A stretch of 63,818 bases of DNA, filler included, from Octopus bimaculoides (GCF_001194135.2; 5 parts of 5 records of this genome joined end to end with filler, not necessarily neighbours in it), one strand, 5' to 3'. Numbered from the whole stretch's first letter, positions 23,053 through 37,461 are shown. Notes: a model not told the origin generated them from the sequence alone. Translations and numbers: made by a program.

Positions 23053-23309
23053 TGTATGTGTGTGTGTGTTAGACAGGGAAATATAGAAATATAGAGAGAA
23101 GAGAGAGGGTGTTAAGAAGTGAGTGGACTGCTAGGTATGAGATAAGATGAAGTCAATATTACAAAAAGATGAAGAAGAAATGGTGGCCGGCAACAAGAAG
23201 TATTTGTGGCAGATATCAGACAGAGGAGAATCAACTACTAAATATATATATATGTATATATATGTGTGTGTGTGTAACATTATCATTAATAAACCACTGT
23301 GTGATGGCC

Positions 23310-23900
23310 ACTATCATTATCAGCACCGCCGGCACCACTGTACTACAACTGATATTGACACACTGCTAACAACCACTACTAACACATCAACACTACCACT
23401 GATACCATACTGCAACTGCTACTACTATCACCAGCAGCACTGTACTACTACAAGTGTCATACTACTTCCATAAACATACTACTACTACTACTACTACTAG
23501 CACCACCACACTGCAATGACCACTACTAACATACTACTACCACTGCCACTATACATCAGCCAACTTTCTAATGCCACTGCTCCACCACTACTATATACAT
23601 CACACTACCACCATCTCTTTAACATTACCACCACTACTATTAACATGATGGTACCACCGTTGTGCTAATGTTACCACGAAAACCATACTGGCGCCAATAC
23701 CATCGCACTACTATCACTCCCATCATTTTACACAACCACTGCCAATACTATGACACTACCTCCCCAACACCATTGCTACACTTCTAAATATATGACCACC
23801 ACTATCACCATCATCACAACCACCACCACCACCACTACCGACATTATAATCAATATCACCACCACTATTCTCACACCATTACTGCCAATAATATCGCACT
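23310..23900. repeat. Degenerate (CAC/TAC/CAT)n low-complexity tract
   Basis: Direct inspection. Confidence 0.8.
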
Positions 23901-24145
23901 ATATCCCCAACATCACCAAACATCTACTTCTACATCCCCACAACTCCCCTATCACTCAGAAAAACAAGAACAACAGGGGGTGGGGGTAACTGGGGGAAAA
24001 GAAAGCGATTCACAGAACAACAGGACAAACAATTGAAATGCACAGCTACATCTATTGGTGACAGCATTGTTGTCATGCATGCATGCGAGATGCATGCATG
24101 CGAGATGCATGTGTAAAGCACATGTGTGTGTGTGTGTGTGTTTTT

Positions 24146-24178
<33 letters not shown>

Positions 24179-24775
24179 NNNNNNNNNNTTTAATATATAT
24201 ATATATATATATATATGTGCGTAACGACAGCCTCGTCAGAATTAAATTTGAAATTGTCGATGCCACAATAGAGTCTGATTGCTGTATCGTTTCTTTCAAC
24301 CCACATTCCAGCCTCGTCGTGTCCAACATAGGATGAAGTCAGTCAGCTGCACGGCAATGTGAATCAAATTGGGTGATAATTACACCATTTGCCACAGCTG
24401 GCGTCAAAAGAAGGACGGTGTGGAGCATGGACCAGGCGAGAGAGAGCAAGAGAATATCATTGAGATGTAGAAACATTTCTTTAATTGCATCTTTATGTCT
24501 TATAACTTGTCTTTTACTGGTTTCAGTCAATGGGTTGTGGCCATGCTTAGGCACAGCCTTGAAAAGGTTTTTAGCTGAATAAATTTATCAACAGTACTTT
24601 TAATTGTTTTCAAATTTTTTTTTCCGTTTAAATTTTTGTCGTCTATTTATTCTTTCAGTCTCTTCTGCTGAACCGCTAAGTTACAGGAACGTAAACAAAC
24701 CACGACAGTTATTTATCAAGCAACACACACAAGAATATACACACATCAGTGTGTGTGAATATGTGTGTGTGTGAA

Positions 24776-24822
<47 letters not shown>

Positions 24823-24919
24823 TCATCATCGTTTAACATCCGCTTTCCATGCTAGCATGGGTTGGATGATTGACTGAGGACTGGCAAGCCAGAAGATTGC
24901 ACCAGAAGGCTGCACCAGG

Positions 24920-24977
<58 letters not shown>

Positions 24978-25519
24978 CATATACATTTCTACATAAACAT
25001 AAATATATACATATACACACATGTGTGCGTGATGAGCTTTGACACTGTTTCCATCTACGAAAATCTCTCACAAGGCATTGGTTGGCCTAGGACTATAACA
25101 GAAGACACTTGCCCGAGTTGCTCCACAGTGAGATTGAACTCAAAACCACTGGGGTCGATGTAATCAATTTACCTACTCCCATTAAACTGCTGGCCTTGTG
25201 CTGAAATTCGGGGCACCACCTTGACAGGTTAAGTGGAACAAGATTGAACCTAATACTAATTTCCAAGTGGGGGATCTCATTCTATTAGTCCTTTTGGTTG
25301 AATTGTTAAGTTATAGGGACATAAACAAACTAACACTAGTTATCAAGCAGTGGTTGTAGACAAAAAATATACATAGGTGCAGGCGTGGCTGTGTGGTAAG
25401 AAGCTTGCTTCCCAACCACATGGTTCTGGATTCAGTCTCCCTGCATGGCACCTTGGGCAAGTGTCTTCTACTATAGCCTTGGGCTGATCAAAGCCTTGTG
25501 AGTGGATTTGGTAGAAGCC

Positions 25520-25593
<74 letters not shown>

Positions 25594-26608
25594 ATCTTTG
25601 TATCCACCCGCACCCCCATCACCACTTGACAATTCGTGCTAGTGTGTTTACATTCCCATAACTTAGTGGTTCAGCAAAAGAGACTCATAGAATAAGTACT
25701 AGGCCTTAAAAAATAAGTCCTGCAGTTGATTTGTTTGACTAAAACCTTTCACAGCAGTGCTCCAGCATGGCCACAGTCAAATGACTGAAACAAATAAAAA
25801 AATAGAACAAAAAGAATACATAAAAATATATCTATACACACACACACACACACACACACAGGGTTTCCACATAGTTTCCATCTACCTAGTTCTCTCAAAA
25901 GCAATAGTTGGCTATAAGGAGCTATAAGAAGGAGACATTTGCTTAAGGTTTCGTGCAGTGAGATTGAACCCAAAATTACATGCCTGCAATGAAGGCTTCT
26001 TACCCACACAGCCATACCATAGTGGCAGGAGCAGAAATGGTAATGGGCTGGGAAAGAAAACTCTTTGGTACAAAGTCAAAAAGAAAACAGATGGAATAAA
26101 TGGGGGTAGAAATAAAATGGGGAGGTGGTGGAGCTGTAGATAGGGATGTCAGACAGTTTGCAAGAGCAGAGAGTGTTCTGCAGTTAAAAATCAATCTGCA
26201 ACACTGTGTGTGTGTGTGTGTGTGTGTGTTAGGTGCCTGGGGCATTTGGCACTTAGTCTGCAGTAAAAACCTAACTGAACAATCCGGTTTGTACTGGATC
26301 ACTGGCACTTAAATTGGCAACTACACTGGACTGGATCCTAGGAGAGCTTGTAGGAGTCCAGCCTTGGGTCGACCAAAGCCTTGTGGGTGGATTTGGCAGA
26401 CGGAAATTAAAAGAAGCTTGCTGTGCACACACATGCACACATGTACAACAGGGTTTTTTCAAGGTTCTGATGAAATTGTAAGGTGTGGCTAGGGCACTCA
26501 ACTATGAGTCCACTGCATCTTATAGTGAAGATAGCTAAGCTAATGAAGTTAATAAGATAATTGGTTATTCCTTTGTCATCTCATATATATATATATATAT
26601 ATACATAC

Positions 26609-26643
<35 letters not shown>

Positions 26644-26789
26644 CATACATACATACATATATATATATACATACATATATATATATATACATACATATAT
26701 ATATATATACATACATATATATATACATACATATATACATATATATATACATACATATATACATATATATATACATACATATATACATA

Positions 26790-26889
26790 NNNNNNNNNNN
26801 NNNNNNNNNNNNNNNNNNNNNNNNNNNNNNNNNTTAATTAATTAANNNNNNNNNNNNNNNNNNNNNNNNNNNNNNNNNNNNNNNNNNNN
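26790..26889. other. Synthetic scaffold join, N44-TTAATTAATTAA-N44
   Basis: 12-mer at 26834-26845; palindromic, with stop codons in all six frames; total spacer exactly 100 bp. Confidence 0.95.
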
Positions 26890-27188
26890 GTGGTTGAGCA
26901 CTCCACAGACACGTGTACCCTTAACGTAGTCCTCGGGGAGATTCAGCATGACACAGAGTGAGGAAGAAAGTGTGAGATAAAGTTTTGGTGAAAGAAACAG
27001 GAAGAAAGTGTGAGATAAAGTTTTGGTGAAAGAATACAGCAGGGTTCGCCACCATCCCCTGCCGGAGCCACGTGGAGCTTTTTAGGTGTTTTCGCTCAAT
27101 AAACACTCACAACGCCCGGTCTGGGAATCGAAACCGCGATCCTACGACTGCGAGTCCGCTGCCCTAACCACTGGGCCATTGCGCCTCC
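26890..27188 (-). mobile_element. tRNA-derived SINE, family A, with an internal 38-bp tandem duplication
   Basis: Reverse complement of ggaggcgcaatggcccagtggttagggcagcgg...; duplicated ggaagaaagtgtgagataaagttttggtgaaagaa at 26962 and 27000. Confidence 0.85.
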
Positions 27189-28038
27189 ATCCAGTAAAAA
27201 TAAGGCCATGCTATTTCCACATTAGCTTCTTTCTTTACACAATTTATTGAAATCAAGCAGTGAAATGTGGCTATTTTCGGACAACAAAAATATTGTGATT
27301 ATTATTGGACATTCATTCGGGATTGAACAGGATATAGATAAATAAATAGTAATTCAAGCTTAAGTATTCAACCATAAAATCCGTATTTCTGTATAGTCTT
27401 CGATATTTTAACAAAATTAAACTAAAGAATGAAAGCACGGTTTGTTTAAATTAAGTACGAACTTATGCTGAAGCTAGATTTTCTCAGCAATTCGTAAATA
27501 TTTGGATTTATTTCTTGCACCATATAAACGAAGTAGTTTTCTGTGTAGAATTTACAGAAGGCAATGAATGAACTACGGAAGAATATGTGAATTTGGTATT
27601 TAGTTATTCATTCAGTTACTGATTTGGGTTGCAAAGTTTGTTTGGCTCTTTGCTTTTTATTCTGAAACAAAAACAACTTTAATATAAACGAAGACTGTGT
27701 GAGAGACATAAGCTGGTAATATGATAGCAGCTATCGTTCATTAATTGATTAACTTCCGGTTCGTAATAGATCCAGTTTCCGGTTGCTATATTTTCTAAAC
27801 AAAAACTGCATTCACTTTCGCTTATGAGGCTAATATAAAACTGTCCATTTTTCATTAGTATTATTATTAGCCGGAAGAAACTACTTACTATATTCCTTCT
27901 GGCTTTTTACTTTCTGATTTCAAGGCCCTTTAAGTTTAGCTGAGCCTTTCATCTCTTCAGGGTCGGTAAGATTGACTAACATTCAAGAACAAGAGTCGAT
28001 AGTATCGACTTGCTCCTTTCCTCTGTCATCATCATCAA

Positions 28039-28071
<33 letters not shown>

Positions 28072-28094
28072 TATCATTGTTGTTGTTATTGTTA

Positions 28095-28405
28095 AGGCGG
28101 CGGCCTAGCAGGATCCTTAGCACGCCGGGCGAAATGCTTAGCGGCTTTTCGTCCGTCATTACTGTTCTGCGTTCAAATTCCGCCGATGTCGACTTTGTTT
28201 TTCATCCTTTCGGGTTCGATAAAATAAGTACCAGTTGAGCACTGGCATCGATGTAATCAATTCACTTCCCCTTCCCAAAATTTCAGGCCTTGTGGCTATA
28301 GTAGAAAGGATTATTGTTATTGAGTGAGAGATCAGTGTATGCTGTCAAAGTAGAGTAAAATATATGAAACCCAGTATACCCATCATGACTGCCTGTTTGA
28401 TAAGG

Positions 28406-28473
<68 letters not shown>

Positions 28474-28600
28474 AGCGGCGAGCTGGCTGATTCATTAGAG
28501 TGTCAGACCAAATGTTTAGCGGTATTTCTTCAGGGTCTTTACGTTCAGAGTTCAAAAGTTGCCGAGGTCATAGGTTTACATTCTTTCAGGGTCGATAAGA
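28095..28600 (+). mobile_element. Two family C SINEs (28095-28315 and 28473-28600) separated by another repeat end and (ATT)n
   Basis: aaggcggcggcctagcaggatccttagcacgccgggcgaaatgcttagcgg...; the second head follows the (ATT)n run. Confidence 0.75.
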
Positions 28601-28921
28601 CAGTGTGCCAAAAATTATAAAGAATCATCATCATCATCATCATCATCTTGTGCTCATGAGTAAAACACTTCATCTAACGTTTCTCGGTGAATACTTCGAC
28701 ACCTGAGGTGTGGTACACCGTGCACCTGTTCACACAACATCATGCACCTGTTCAGCACAAACAATTGATTACTATAAACAAACCATTTCTGCAGGTTGTC
28801 CAAAATGACATTGCGGAACCGTCTTTCTCGAACTACGAGGGTCTACTATTACACACACACACGCGCACGCACACACACACGCACACACGCACACGCACAC
28901 GCACACACACACACACACACA

Positions 28922-28961
<40 letters not shown>

Positions 28962-29097
28962 TGTGTGTATATGCACGAGTAAGTACATAAATGCAAAACA
29001 AGGGGAAAAATAGTACTCGAATACCGAAGGTAGAGTAATATGTTTTCTCTTATTTAAGCCGCGAAAACATCACAGACAGTTTTTGCGGTTTTAATAA

Positions 29098-29140
<43 letters not shown>

Positions 29141-29989
29141 TGTGTATATGTATATAACTGCAAACAAGCATTAAAATAACGCTGAATCAACATAAATTAG
29201 CTACATTTTGTAGCTTGATGGTTTGACAAATGCATCTTTAGAACTCAGGCATTAAAAGTTAGCGACTTGGGTGAGCCTGCTTCTGATTCCGGAGAGTCTT
29301 GATATTTGGAATTTTGTATTTTACATGTAACCGTAAGTCAGTTGCCATATTCAATTTATTTTCTAAATTTGTTTTCCGTTATTGAATGAAGTGAAAATTT
29401 TCTTTCGCATATGTAGCTAGGAATCGCATTAGCACTTTTGAAAGATTTCTCTGCTTATAGTAAGCTACTCCATTAATAATATTTTATCAGTTTCCACTTG
29501 TAATTTTGATTTTAAAGTAAAAATCTGTTGAAATGTCTCCTTTTCCATTCCTTTTCTTCTTGCGAAATATTACTTTAGTTTAATGAATATACAAATGGGT
29601 TTTCAGCATAAAGTCGGTTTTCAATTTCGGCAGGAAATTACTATGTTATTGATTCATACGTAGCCGACAAATGTTACCAAATTGAATCTTTTGTTCTTGA
29701 CTTAAGGCAGTTTTAGTTCATAGCGAAAATGGAAACTGCTAGGGTTTTCAAAACTTTCGACACCATTCTTATCTACATAGTCACCCCAAGGTGTCAGTCT
29801 ACATCTAATCCTTTGAACCGGTGAGCATGCTTTAACTGGTGCGATTTCGTTTGACTATACCCCTGGAAGATGCTAAAGCGGGCAGCCGCTTGGTTTTATG
29901 CACATGACCTTTTTGTCTTCCAGGTGCGTAATTAAACGGAATCGTACCCGCTAGTTATTAAAGGCACTCATTTTATTTTGAACTTTTAA

Positions 29990-30170
29990 GCATCCCCTAT
30001 CACTTACCAGCTCTTGTTTAGCTCGCTCAGCAAACGTCCCGCAAAGACCAAGCGCCTTTTTCTGATAATGGTGGAGACAGGCAGATCTCTATACCGCTGT
30101 TTCTTGGTGGGATGAATTCCCCAAGATGTGTTAAATATAATGTATAGACAACCAAAAAAACCTACTAAAA
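29990..30170 (-). mobile_element. RTE-X-like LINE remnant
   Basis: Minus strand translates as FNTSWGIHPTKKQRYRDLPVSTIIRKK...AKQELVSD, resembling the SW..HPTK..LYG.LP motif as I recall it. Confidence 0.45.
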
Positions 30171-30856
30171 TAGCATCATTTGTTTTTCAGTTGTTATTCG
30201 AAGAGAGAATATAGAGTTTGTTTCAATGCATTTATTTGCTCACCTTTGCCAAAATTTCACATCACAAATATATTTTGATAACGTGTCATTAGAAGGTGGT
30301 ACGTTATCAATAATTTTAGCATATTTTTCTATTGTTCTGTACTGTTATATTTACGAAAAGGTGTCATTTAATAAGGCCTATAAACACACTCAGCGGTAGT
30401 AGTTTGTCTATATTACACATCTTTTTCTTTTTCTCAAAATAGTTATTTGTTTATGTCTCAAAAAATATCTTTTCACAATTCTCATGTTTAGCCTTCTCAA
30501 CGGGTGAATATTTTTCTATTAAATACTGTTTTTAAAAAGCTATATACACTGCCATAAAGCTGTATACTTATATCTACATTACCAGCGAGTGTATATATAA
30601 ATAAATAAATACACTTACAAATGTTTTGGAAATCGTTTCATTTGAGGATTTTAATAAATTTCGATACTTTAAATGACAAAATCAATATTGTAAGGTTTTA
30701 AATAGGAAACTGAGAAAAAAGTCCCAAAATTGTTTAATATTTTATGTATTTTGTAATAAGAACCTTATGTTTTCGACTATGCATAACATTCTTGGCCTTT
30801 CAACCAAATTTTGAACTTTCGCATTGTGATAAGTTAGAATTGTATATAACCATGCC

Positions 30857-30920
<64 letters not shown>

Positions 30921-31089
30921 CGTGCGCGCGCGCGCGCGTACGTGCGTGCGTGTGCGTTTCTCCGTGTCAGCCACATCAATCCCGGATCCCACAGTAATAT
31001 CACAATAGCGGATTTGATGTCGCTTATGTAACAAAAATATGACGAAATGATATGAAATGAATTTCAAATAGAAAAACAACTTCTAATAT

Positions 31090-32340
31090 CACTTTGTGAT
31101 GCGTTAATGGACAAATACGGTGTCATTTATTCTCAGTCTTCATAAATGGTATGTTGATGCCGATATCTTTGCCAGGCTTTGAGATACTTTGTGGTGTGTG
31201 TTTATATCATATATTTTCTCTTGGTATTTCATAATACTGTCATAAATATACTCAAGGGCGTATAAGGCGTATACCTGTAGCTGTATCTCCGCTGGATGAC
31301 CAGAGACATCGTGGATAATTGAATTTTTCCAATCTCTACATATTCCGTTGTTGCTTAATATTTCCAACTATATTACATATTTTAGTGGTTTCTGGTGAAT
31401 GGAATGAAAGCTCAGATTCTTGATTTTGTAATCAAGAATTCTTTAGTCTCAATACTAAGTAGGGTGCTGCTGTTTATCATTGTTTCAGTCCGCCATGGAA
31501 AGATTTTTTTTTCTTGCCATCGCTTTAGCATTATGCTCTGTAGCACAATTTTCGCTTAGTTTTCACGTTTTCAACATTTTTGTTGTGATCTCTACTTTTT
31601 TTGTCATTATTCTCCATCAGTTCCTTCTATGTTTTATATTCATTGGTTTTCTTGAAGCGAGAAAACAATTTCTTTTCTGTTGTTTTTTATATGTTTCTGT
31701 TTGCAACTATTTGTTTTAGGTCTCCTCACTGTCCTTTACTTGATATATTGTACCACTGCAACAGATACTTTATAATAGTTTCTTTTTAAAAGGTTCTGCA
31801 GGGCGCCTAGATCTTTGTATTCGCGCTAAATATAAACTTACTCAATCAGAGTTTGAATGATGTATTCTGAATGCAGTCAGTTTTCCTTTCTTTTCCCGTC
31901 TTGTTTTTCTAATTCATTTGACACCCAGTTCAGAATATTACAGCTATAATTTATTGCCCCTTTTCATATACTTCTGTGTTACGAGTTAATGTCTATAAAT
32001 ACTCACTTCTGGCATTTTCTTTCATTTGTACGCGTTGCTTTTTGTCTAGTTCATAGATTCCCAAATATTTGTAAGCTTTTTCTTTTTTTATCTAATTACC
32101 ATATCACACTATTTTACCTAACATGACAGGTTTTAACAAACTCATCCTAAGGCAAACTTGGTTTACTTTGCGCGTTTTATTAATCGGATTCTTTTCAATC
32201 AGTTCCTTCAGTAAATTGGTGCACGGTCCGAAGCAGGGTTTCTAGTTGCTTATCTTTTGTACCGGATAACTTGAATGTGTATGACTGTGGATATGAAAAT
32301 CCATTTACCAGGTGATGTGGCGCAGCCTCTCTGCATTCAC
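31090..32340 (-). pseudogene. Highly decayed R4/Dong-like LINE, RT to C-terminal region
   Basis: Minus-strand peptides KLSGTKDKQLETLLRTVHQF, YLGIYELD..MKENARSEYL, YSCNILNW and LTAFRIHHSNSD*VSLYL parallel R4-clade RT motifs (YKYLG; H HPKADVDRLY); many stops and frameshifts. Confidence 0.65.
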
Positions 32341-32789
32341 TGGGCTTACCATTCTAAGGAAACATTCATGTTCTGTTCAAAGCTTCATCCTGTGACTCAG
32401 CACCAAAATTGTTCCAGTTTAAGACTTGCATGAAATTTGCGTTTGCATAAATATATATCCCAGGGAGTACTCACTCACGGTACTTCTTTATGAATAGAGA
32501 GAGGTTCAGCGATGAACTGGTAAGCACTGCGCATAGAACAAAAAGAAAAAAAGGAAAACAAGAAAATTAATATAGCACTGGAACCGTATGAAGAAGAATC
32601 GAAGCTCGACATAAGAATGTTATTATGTCATGTTTTACTTTTTACTTGTTTTACTCATTCAACTGCGGTTATGCTGGGGTGCCACCTTGAAGAGTATAGC
32701 AAAAACTAATCGCCTTCTCTTTTATTGATTCACTGATTTACGGAGACGCAAGCAAACTAACACCGGTTGTCAAATTATGATAGTTGAGG

Positions 32790-32790
32790 T

Positions 32791-32852
<62 letters not shown>
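32790..32852. repeat. (GATA)n microsatellite
   Basis: Direct inspection. Confidence 0.95.
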
Positions 32853-33241
32853 TACGATGGCCCTCCACACAGCTTACGTCTAGTCTACCGAATTCGATCA
32901 TGTTATTTAGTCGGCATTGGAGCTACTGATTGTAATGGCAGAAGACACTTGCCCAAGGTGCTGTGGGACTGAACCCGAAATCACGTGGTTATTCAAAGTG
33001 AGCTTCTTAAACACACGACCTGTAAACTGAAACTATGTGTCAACAGATTCGTACAGCAAAACATTTGTTTTCAGGAACATTTATTTTCTTATTTTTTCTC
33101 CCTTTTTGGCTCCATGTTGTTTGTTGCTCATTTAAAAACAAACAAACAAAAAAAACAATTGTTTTGTTTGTTTTCTGTTACCGTAATTGTCACGGAGTCT
33201 CTACGGAATGCAACAGCTATGCCTATTGTGCCTAATTAGTC

Positions 33242-33272
<31 letters not shown>

Positions 33273-33718
33273 TTAGTTTTATTTTATTTCGTTTCTGTAT
33301 TTGTTTTCTGTTACCATAATTGTCACGGAGTCTCAACGGAATGCAACAACTAAGCTTATTGTTACTAATTAGTCGCCTCGTATATTTCATTTTTATTTTA
33401 CTTTATTCTCGAAATTTTTATTCTTTCTTTTTTTTTTTTTTTGTTAATTGTAATAAATATCAATGAGGTTTAGTGTAATTATTGAGGAAAAAGAGTTCAA
33501 GAAAGAAAAGAAAGGAAACAAAGGAAAAAAATAAGTAAAGAAAAACTAAACGAACATAACAAAAACAAGGGGGTAGAGAGAGGCATTGTCACAATTTTTC
33601 TAAAGTCTATAATTGAGGAGTCGTTAAACATAGCTAGCAACATGAAATTTACTCTCAGCCCTGCCAGCAACAATGCAACCGATGTTTGTGCGTGTTCGTG
33701 CGTGCGTTCGTTCGTTCG

Positions 33719-33787
<69 letters not shown>

Positions 33788-35244
33788 ATGCGTGCACATA
33801 GTCATGCATATATAATTTTTCTGAACTGTTGTGTTTCATACGTCGACAGGAGAGTCCATTTCATACAAGCACACATTTATATACATATATATATACATAT
33901 ATACACATGCATATACGTATGTACACACACACACACACACGCACACACACACATATATATATATCCATACATGAGGTAATATAATATACACACTGGGACG
34001 TGTGTGTTAACGTTTTAATTTTCCCGGTAATTATAATTTAATTTAAAATTCTACATTTTAATTATTTATTTGATGGATATTTAGAAAACAGAAATAATTA
34101 TATAATTAAACAAATACTCGCTAATGCTCGTTGTCTTCCAAGCACCCCCCCCCCCTTACGTCTCTCTCTCTTCAACTCTTTCTCCCTCTGAAGGAAAGCT
34201 TTCTTTGTAATATCACGATCGTCGTCTCCTTATGCCACACAGAATTACAATCAAATTCAACATGAAATCGTTATTTTCACACTGCGAACAGCGAGATCTG
34301 AAACGGTAACGGCAGATTCGAACACTTACATGCTAATCGCTGTTGTGTACATCACAGGCAAAGAACAGTTTCCGCTTTTTACGACGACAATGTGTTCATA
34401 ATATATGTCGAAACACTCGTGTCCTAGAATCCCTTACATCAATGAGTCGAGTATGTTATGAGCATAACATTGTCAGAGAAAGAAGCTGTTCTCCTGTGAC
34501 ATCCACAACAACGATTAGCATATTTGCGTTCGAATGGGCCGGAATGTATTAAAAACAAATGTGCAAGTTATCGTAATCAAATTTGTGAATTTCGTTAATG
34601 GGTTCTGGGTAACTATCCAACGTTATTTTCTGCAAACTGTTTTTGTTATATAATCTATTTTATGGATAAATCTTGGGAACCCGGAATTATGAAGCAAGCT
34701 ACTGGGGCTGTACAATGTAACGCAGAACCATTACAACGTCGGACGTTTGACAGGTACATCGTGGTCCAATTCTACGTAAATAACATAAATTTCCATCCAG
34801 AGGTGCTAAATATAAAGACAAAGTAACCGTTTATGCTGCCGCAAGATTGCCATGATGAAGGCTGCTACCTGATCGTCCACACTCTGGAAGTTACTCAGTG
34901 TGTTGTTGAGGATTCTACCTGGGCCACTGTTTGATATCTATTGGTTATCGGTATAAAAAAGACACAGATAGTGTACCAACCTCTCCCCGGTTCACTCCCG
35001 TCCTTCTCGTCGGCAACAAACCACCAAAGGTTCTGGTGCGAATCGAGGGTTCTATCCTAGTTATGGACCAAATAAATAAACGAAATTGTTTCCACCGGGC
35101 AGCTATACTTTGCAGTAATGTTTAAACATCGAGCCATATAAACATTTTATTGCTTTTTGTCTTTGTGTATCCGAATTTACAAACGAAAATATTCAGTTTT
35201 TAGGAATTTAGTTTCATATACGCACAGACATGCATACAAAAATC

Positions 35245-35940
35245 CAGTTGGCATGTATAACATCCGTTGGAATTTATCTGTTCATCAATCCCTCGCAGTC
35301 AACTATCGCTCAATCTCACTCACCTCCCACATCATTAAAATGCTTGAAAGGTGATGAGATCAAGGATAGCTGGCTTTCTGGAGAACCACAATCTCCTAAA
35401 TTCAAACCACCAGGGACTGTCTAACACATATCTTACACAATTTCGATGATATCCTTAAAACCTTGGGATCAGGTTCGAAATCTGAAGTCATGTATCTTGG
35501 CTTCAGTAAAGCGTTCGACAGAGTCGACCATAATGCCCTACTGTCAAAGTTGTCAAATGTTGGAATCCATGGAAAATTACTACACTGGATTTAGTATTCC
35601 CTTGAGAACAAAACACTACATGTTGTGATCGGTGGAATCCACTCAAGCTCCGCAAAAGTAGCCATTGGTGTCCCTCAGGGGGCTGTCTTGGGCCCGCTTC
35701 TCTTTATACTCTATATAAGTATTTCCTGCGTTATAAAACGCAGCAAATTGAGAATATTCGCTGATGACTCTAAGCTCCAGAAAATTATCAATGAAGAAGA
35801 AATCCGAACTGAATTCCAGTCTGATCTACATGCTATGAGTCAATGGGCAGAAAAAAACAAAATGCAACTAAACGAAGGAATTTTTGAGCTGACGCATTTT
35901 GGGAGAAAGACTATGCTAAAACAGCCATACTCTCTTCCTT
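35245..35940 (+). pseudogene. CR1/L2-like LINE reverse transcriptase fragment
   Basis: NYRSISLTSHIIKMLER; YLGFSKAFDRVDHNALLSKL; GVPQGAVLGPLLFILYI; IFADDSKL; frameshifted and with stops. Confidence 0.9.
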
Positions 35941-35942
35941 CG

Positions 35943-35980
<38 letters not shown>

Positions 35981-36517
35981 NNNNNNNNNNNNNNNNNNNN
36001 NNNNNNNNNNNNNNNNNNNNNNNNNNNNNNNNNNNNNNNNNNNNNNNNNNNNNNNNNNNNNNNNNNNNNNNNNNNNNNNNNNNNNNNNNNNNNNNNNNNN
36101 NNNNNNNNNNNNNNNNNNNNNNNNNNNNNNNNNNNNNNNNNNNNNNNNNNNNNNNNNNNNNNNNNNNNNNNNNNNNNNNNNNNNNNNNNNNNNNNNNNNN
36201 NNNNNNNNNNNNNNNNNNNNNNNNNNNNNNNNNNNNNNNNNNNNNNNNNNNNNNNNNNNNNNNNNNNNNNNNNNNNNNNNNNNNNNNNNNNNNNNNNNNN
36301 NNNNNNNNNNNNNNNNNNNNNNNNNNNNNNNNNNNNNNNNNNNNNNNNNNNNNNNNNNNNNNNNNNNNNNNNNNNNNNNNNNNNNNNNNNNNNNNNNNNN
36401 NNNNNNNNNNNNNNNNNNNNNNNNNNNNNNNNNNNNNNNNNNNNNNNNNNNNNNNNNNNNNNNNNNNNNNNNNNNNNNNNNNNNNNNNNNNNNNNNNNNN
36501 NNNNNNNNNNNNNNNNN

Positions 36518-36556
<39 letters not shown>

Positions 36557-37419
36557 TATATATTATATATATATGGTAGCACCTCCGTCAAATTTGACGC
36601 TGACCTAGCAGCTGTGTTGGCAGATGCTAAAGCTAGCGGAATTTCTATTTTTTATAAAGCGAGAATGATGTGCACGCATACCAAACTGACTCTCCTTCAC
36701 ACGCGCGCGCGCACGCACACACACTACCAGAATCAGTTTCGCTTTTATCCACACTCATGCACACAGGTATTTGTGTCTGTATTATTCCCATTGCTTTGCA
36801 TTCTGGTAAATGATCTGCTCTATGCAGATGCCTTGCTTCGCAAATGTGTTTATGCATTAAAATCTATTTGTTTGACTGTATCGCGAAGACGGCTTGGTAG
36901 CTTAATAGAACCAATCTCGTGAAACTTTTTTTTAGTTCGCCCGTGATGTCTGACCGGTTATCTAGAGGTTGTGTTTTCGATTGACCTCTACAATTGACCG
37001 TGTTCAAACTGATGTATGCGCTTGTGTATTCATGTGCGTACCTGTGTGCACGTGCATGTATGCGTATGTATCGGTGCGTGTGTATGTGTGTGTATGTTCG
37101 TTTAGTATTTTGTTACCAGGGAGGTAGAAGCAACCGATGTTGTATATTGTCACTCGGCATATCTTATCTTAGTATCTTACGAATTCGCATTAAAATGGCG
37201 GACTTATACCGTTTTTCCTTTACGACGTAAACTAGGCTACGAGATGATACGCACACGCGCGCACCCAGACACACACGACGGAGCGGAAACTCTTAACTCT
37301 AGTTACGGATAATGTTATTAAACTGTTATTATTATAAGTTTCAGGATTTGTTGGTCCTAAACATGCTCAGGTCATTATTAGAGTTTCTGCTTAAGCAGAT
37401 ACCATAGCAATAACCTGAG

Positions 37420-37461
<42 letters not shown>

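Noticed and set aside
24215-24330. CTGACGAG...GAAA motifs as a Penelope-type hammerhead ribozyme (also 56990-57058)
   Set aside because: The core motifs are in the wrong order or lack pairable stems I-III.
29990-30120. Apparent minus-strand exon ending ctg|gtaagt
   Set aside because: The translation fits an RTE-X remnant continuing past the apparent donor.
30857-30955. (TG)n grading into (CG)n, a potential Z-DNA tract
   Set aside because: Such compound microsatellites are pervasive in this window; nothing marks this one as functional.
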